Shown: in pieces, positions 61,700 through 64,000 of the stretch
Numbering within the stretch: the first letter of the stretch is position 1
Layout: each line of letters opens with the position of its first letter
Assembly: GCF_009914755.1 (NCBI RefSeq)
Contig: NC_060930.1
Source of the DNA: the human T2T-CHM13v2.0 reference genome, Homo sapiens
Strand: one strand, 5' to 3'
Length of the DNA: 64,000 bases
Made by a program: the position numbers and the translations under genes
Notes under the pieces: model-generated
Told to the model about the DNA's origin: nothing
The model's database searches: none
What the model saw: only the letters and a program-made list of their open reading frames with translations

Positions 61700-63640
61700 A
61701 GGGACTCTTTTACATCCAGAGAAGGTTAAGTAGCAGCAATGAGATTTGCCCTTCCACCTGAAGCCCCCCCACCCCAAAAAAAGACTGTATAAAATATATT
61801 AAACAAAATATGTAAAGAAACAAATTTCCAGATACTAGATATCAACAATTAATGGGAGTGAAGCCATAACGTGAGGAATAAGTGAGCTGGGCTCTGTGAT
61901 CACCCAACTGACTGCTGGAGATTGTCTCCAGGCCCCAGAGCAGGAAGGCGGCAGGGAAATCCCAGCGGGCTCCCTGCACTGAGCTGACAAAAGTGAGAGC
62001 CTGGGGAGACGGAGAAGTGAGGACTCACAGGAGAGAGGTCTTTAGAAGACAGAGCTGAGCAGAGAGAATCGCAGAGATCTGAAGCATCGGGGCATTCCTG
62101 TGCGGAAACCACACCCTGCGGGAGAGGGTGCCCCATGCTCATACAGCACCTGCAGATGTGCCTGCCCCACTGGCTTGAGTGAAAAGCTTTATGTTTCAAA
62201 GGATTGAGGAAAGTACTTGGAAAGCTCTTGCCTATCGTGAGGAATAATTGGCCCGAAACTACATGCTGCACTCATTCCACCTCATGAATCTTAAAAGCAA
62301 GACCTGAAAGGATTAAACTGTTTTTAAGTAGTTTAGATGAACCCTAAAATAAAATTCAAGAATATGTATAGAGAGGTTAAAAAATCCAGCATTCCACAAC
62401 ACAAAACTCACAATATCTTGTTTTCTAATCATAGATTACCAAGTGTGCAATGATGTTGGAATGTAGAATGTAAAATGAGAAGAAAATTCAGTCCAGTGAA
62501 ACTGCCCCAGAATTAACACAGATTTTAGAATTAGCATAAAATGACATTAAAACAGTTTTTATAACTGTATTTCATGTGTTTAAAAGGTTAAGTACATACA
62601 TTGAAGATATAACATACACCCAAATAGAACTTCTAATGTGTGAGATGAAAAATACATGTGTGTAGATTAGACTTTGCAGAAAGTTTAGTGAACTTAGAAA
62701 CCTAGCAACAGCCACTATCCATAAGAAAACACAGGGAGAACAAAGCATTTAAGAAAAATAAACAGAGCATTAACAAGCTACAGGATAATTTCAAGCAGAC
62801 GTATACATATAATTGAAGTTTCAAAGGAAAGGGGACAAGAAAACAATAATGCAAAAAATGTCCACAATTTGAGCATGATGATGTAACATATTGATGAAGC
62901 CAAATCGACCCTAATCATAAGTAAAATTAAGAAAACTACATCAACGTACATAATAATTGAATTGTCTAAAATGAGTGGTAAAGAGAAAATCTTAAAAGGA
63001 ATCAGAGGAAAAAATGCATTCTGTACAAAAGAACAAAGCTAAGACAAGACTTTTCTCTAAGAAACAATCAAAGTAAATAAGAAGACAATAGAGTCCCATC
63101 TTTAAAGTACTGAGTTTTTTTTTAAACATTTCAGCCTAGAATTCTACACCCAGCAAAAATATTTTTCAAAAACAAAAGTAAATCATAGACATTTTCAGAC
63201 ATGCAAAAGTGGAAAGGATTCAACACCAGCAGACTTGCACTCAAAGAAAGTCTATCAGGTAGAAAGAAACGAATGCAAGAGAGAAACCAAAAATATAGGG
63301 AACTTTCTCAACATGAAAAGGGGAACCTATAAAAATCTTATATCTAATATAATACTTAGTAATAAAAGTCTGAATTCTAAGTGCAGAACAATACATAAAT
63401 GTCTGCTCCTATCAGTTCTATTCAATATCATGCTGGAAGTTTTAGCCAGTGAAACAGGCAAGAAATAAAGAATATCCAGGCTGGAAAGGTAGAAGTAAAA
63501 CTGTCCCTTTATTTGAAGACAACATGATCATCCATGTAGAAAATCTAATAACCTATCCAAAAAAGCCTACTGAAAATAATGAGTTTAGCAAGGTTTTAGG
63601 ACACCAGATCAATACACACAAAAAATTATATTTTTTATGG
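61700..63640 (+). mobile_element. Old L1 (L1M-type) fragments: 5' region, ORF1 and ORF2 remnants
   Basis: AAAGAGAAAATCTTAAAAG, CCTAGAATTCTACACCCAGCAAAAATA, CTATTCAATATCATGCTGGAAGTTTTAGCCAG. Boundaries approximate. Confidence 0.7.
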
Positions 63641-63654
63641 ATATGTTTTTAATA

Positions 63655-64000
63655 TGTGTTCCAAATTATAGGAGATTCCTAAAATTCTGATATGTTGTAT
63701 AGATATTATTAGTCACAATTATGGTTATTATGTTAAATTATTACAGGCCACAGAAATAACCAGATTTTCCTGTCAACTGCATTTTTGACCATGACCATAT
63801 TAAGTCTTGTTCACAGTTGATTGCTTAATTCCAAGGCATTTTCTGAAAGGTCTTTAGAAGCAAGTAAGATTCAAAGGGATTCATGGAAAGGATGGAAAGG
63901 ATGTTAACAAGCACTCTTGAATACAAGTTTCTGATCACTTACTTTAGAATCATATTGCTTAGACTGAGTAAGAATTTCTAATTCCCAGAACTCTAGTGAA
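63655..64000. mobile_element. Probable MER4-group ERV internal fragment
   Basis: TTCCAAATTATAGGAGATTCCTAAAATTCTGATATG...CCACAGAAATAACCA resembles MER4-int from recollection. Confidence 0.5.

Overview
Human (primate) genomic DNA containing the whole thrombospondin-2 gene, THBS2, on the minus strand (6q27 by established knowledge). I traced 21 coding exons from ATG 41533 to TAA 7433. All introns are GT-AG and the exons sum to 3519 nt = 1172 aa + stop. There is a non-coding first exon behind a TATA box at 44619-44624, a probable alternative upstream mini-exon, and a ~2 kb 3' UTR ending near 5395. A CpG island 3' of the gene probably drives the antisense lncRNA THBS2-AS1. The rest is interspersed repeats (L1, Alu, MLT1, MLT2, MER4-type, Tigger1, MIR) plus an unusually dense set of minisatellites; nearly all long ORFs in the supplied track are artefacts of these arrays. 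I see no evidence for a novel protein-coding system. The most notable unexplained structures are: (1) a ~3.4 kb inversion 5 kb upstream of the promoter that splits a Tigger1 and is bracketed by a ~540 bp inverted duplication with an apparently identical core carrying TATA + AP-1; (2) intronic arrays each built from a different regulatory word (RBPJ GTGGGAA, 5'-splice-site GTGAGT, NOVA YCAY, UG, CA), two of which flank the skippable TSR3 exon; (3) a perfect 20-bp double-TEAD palindrome in the promoter; (4) a dead partial duplicate of exon 16; (5) a stuttered five-headed Alu. Functional readings of these structures are hypotheses.
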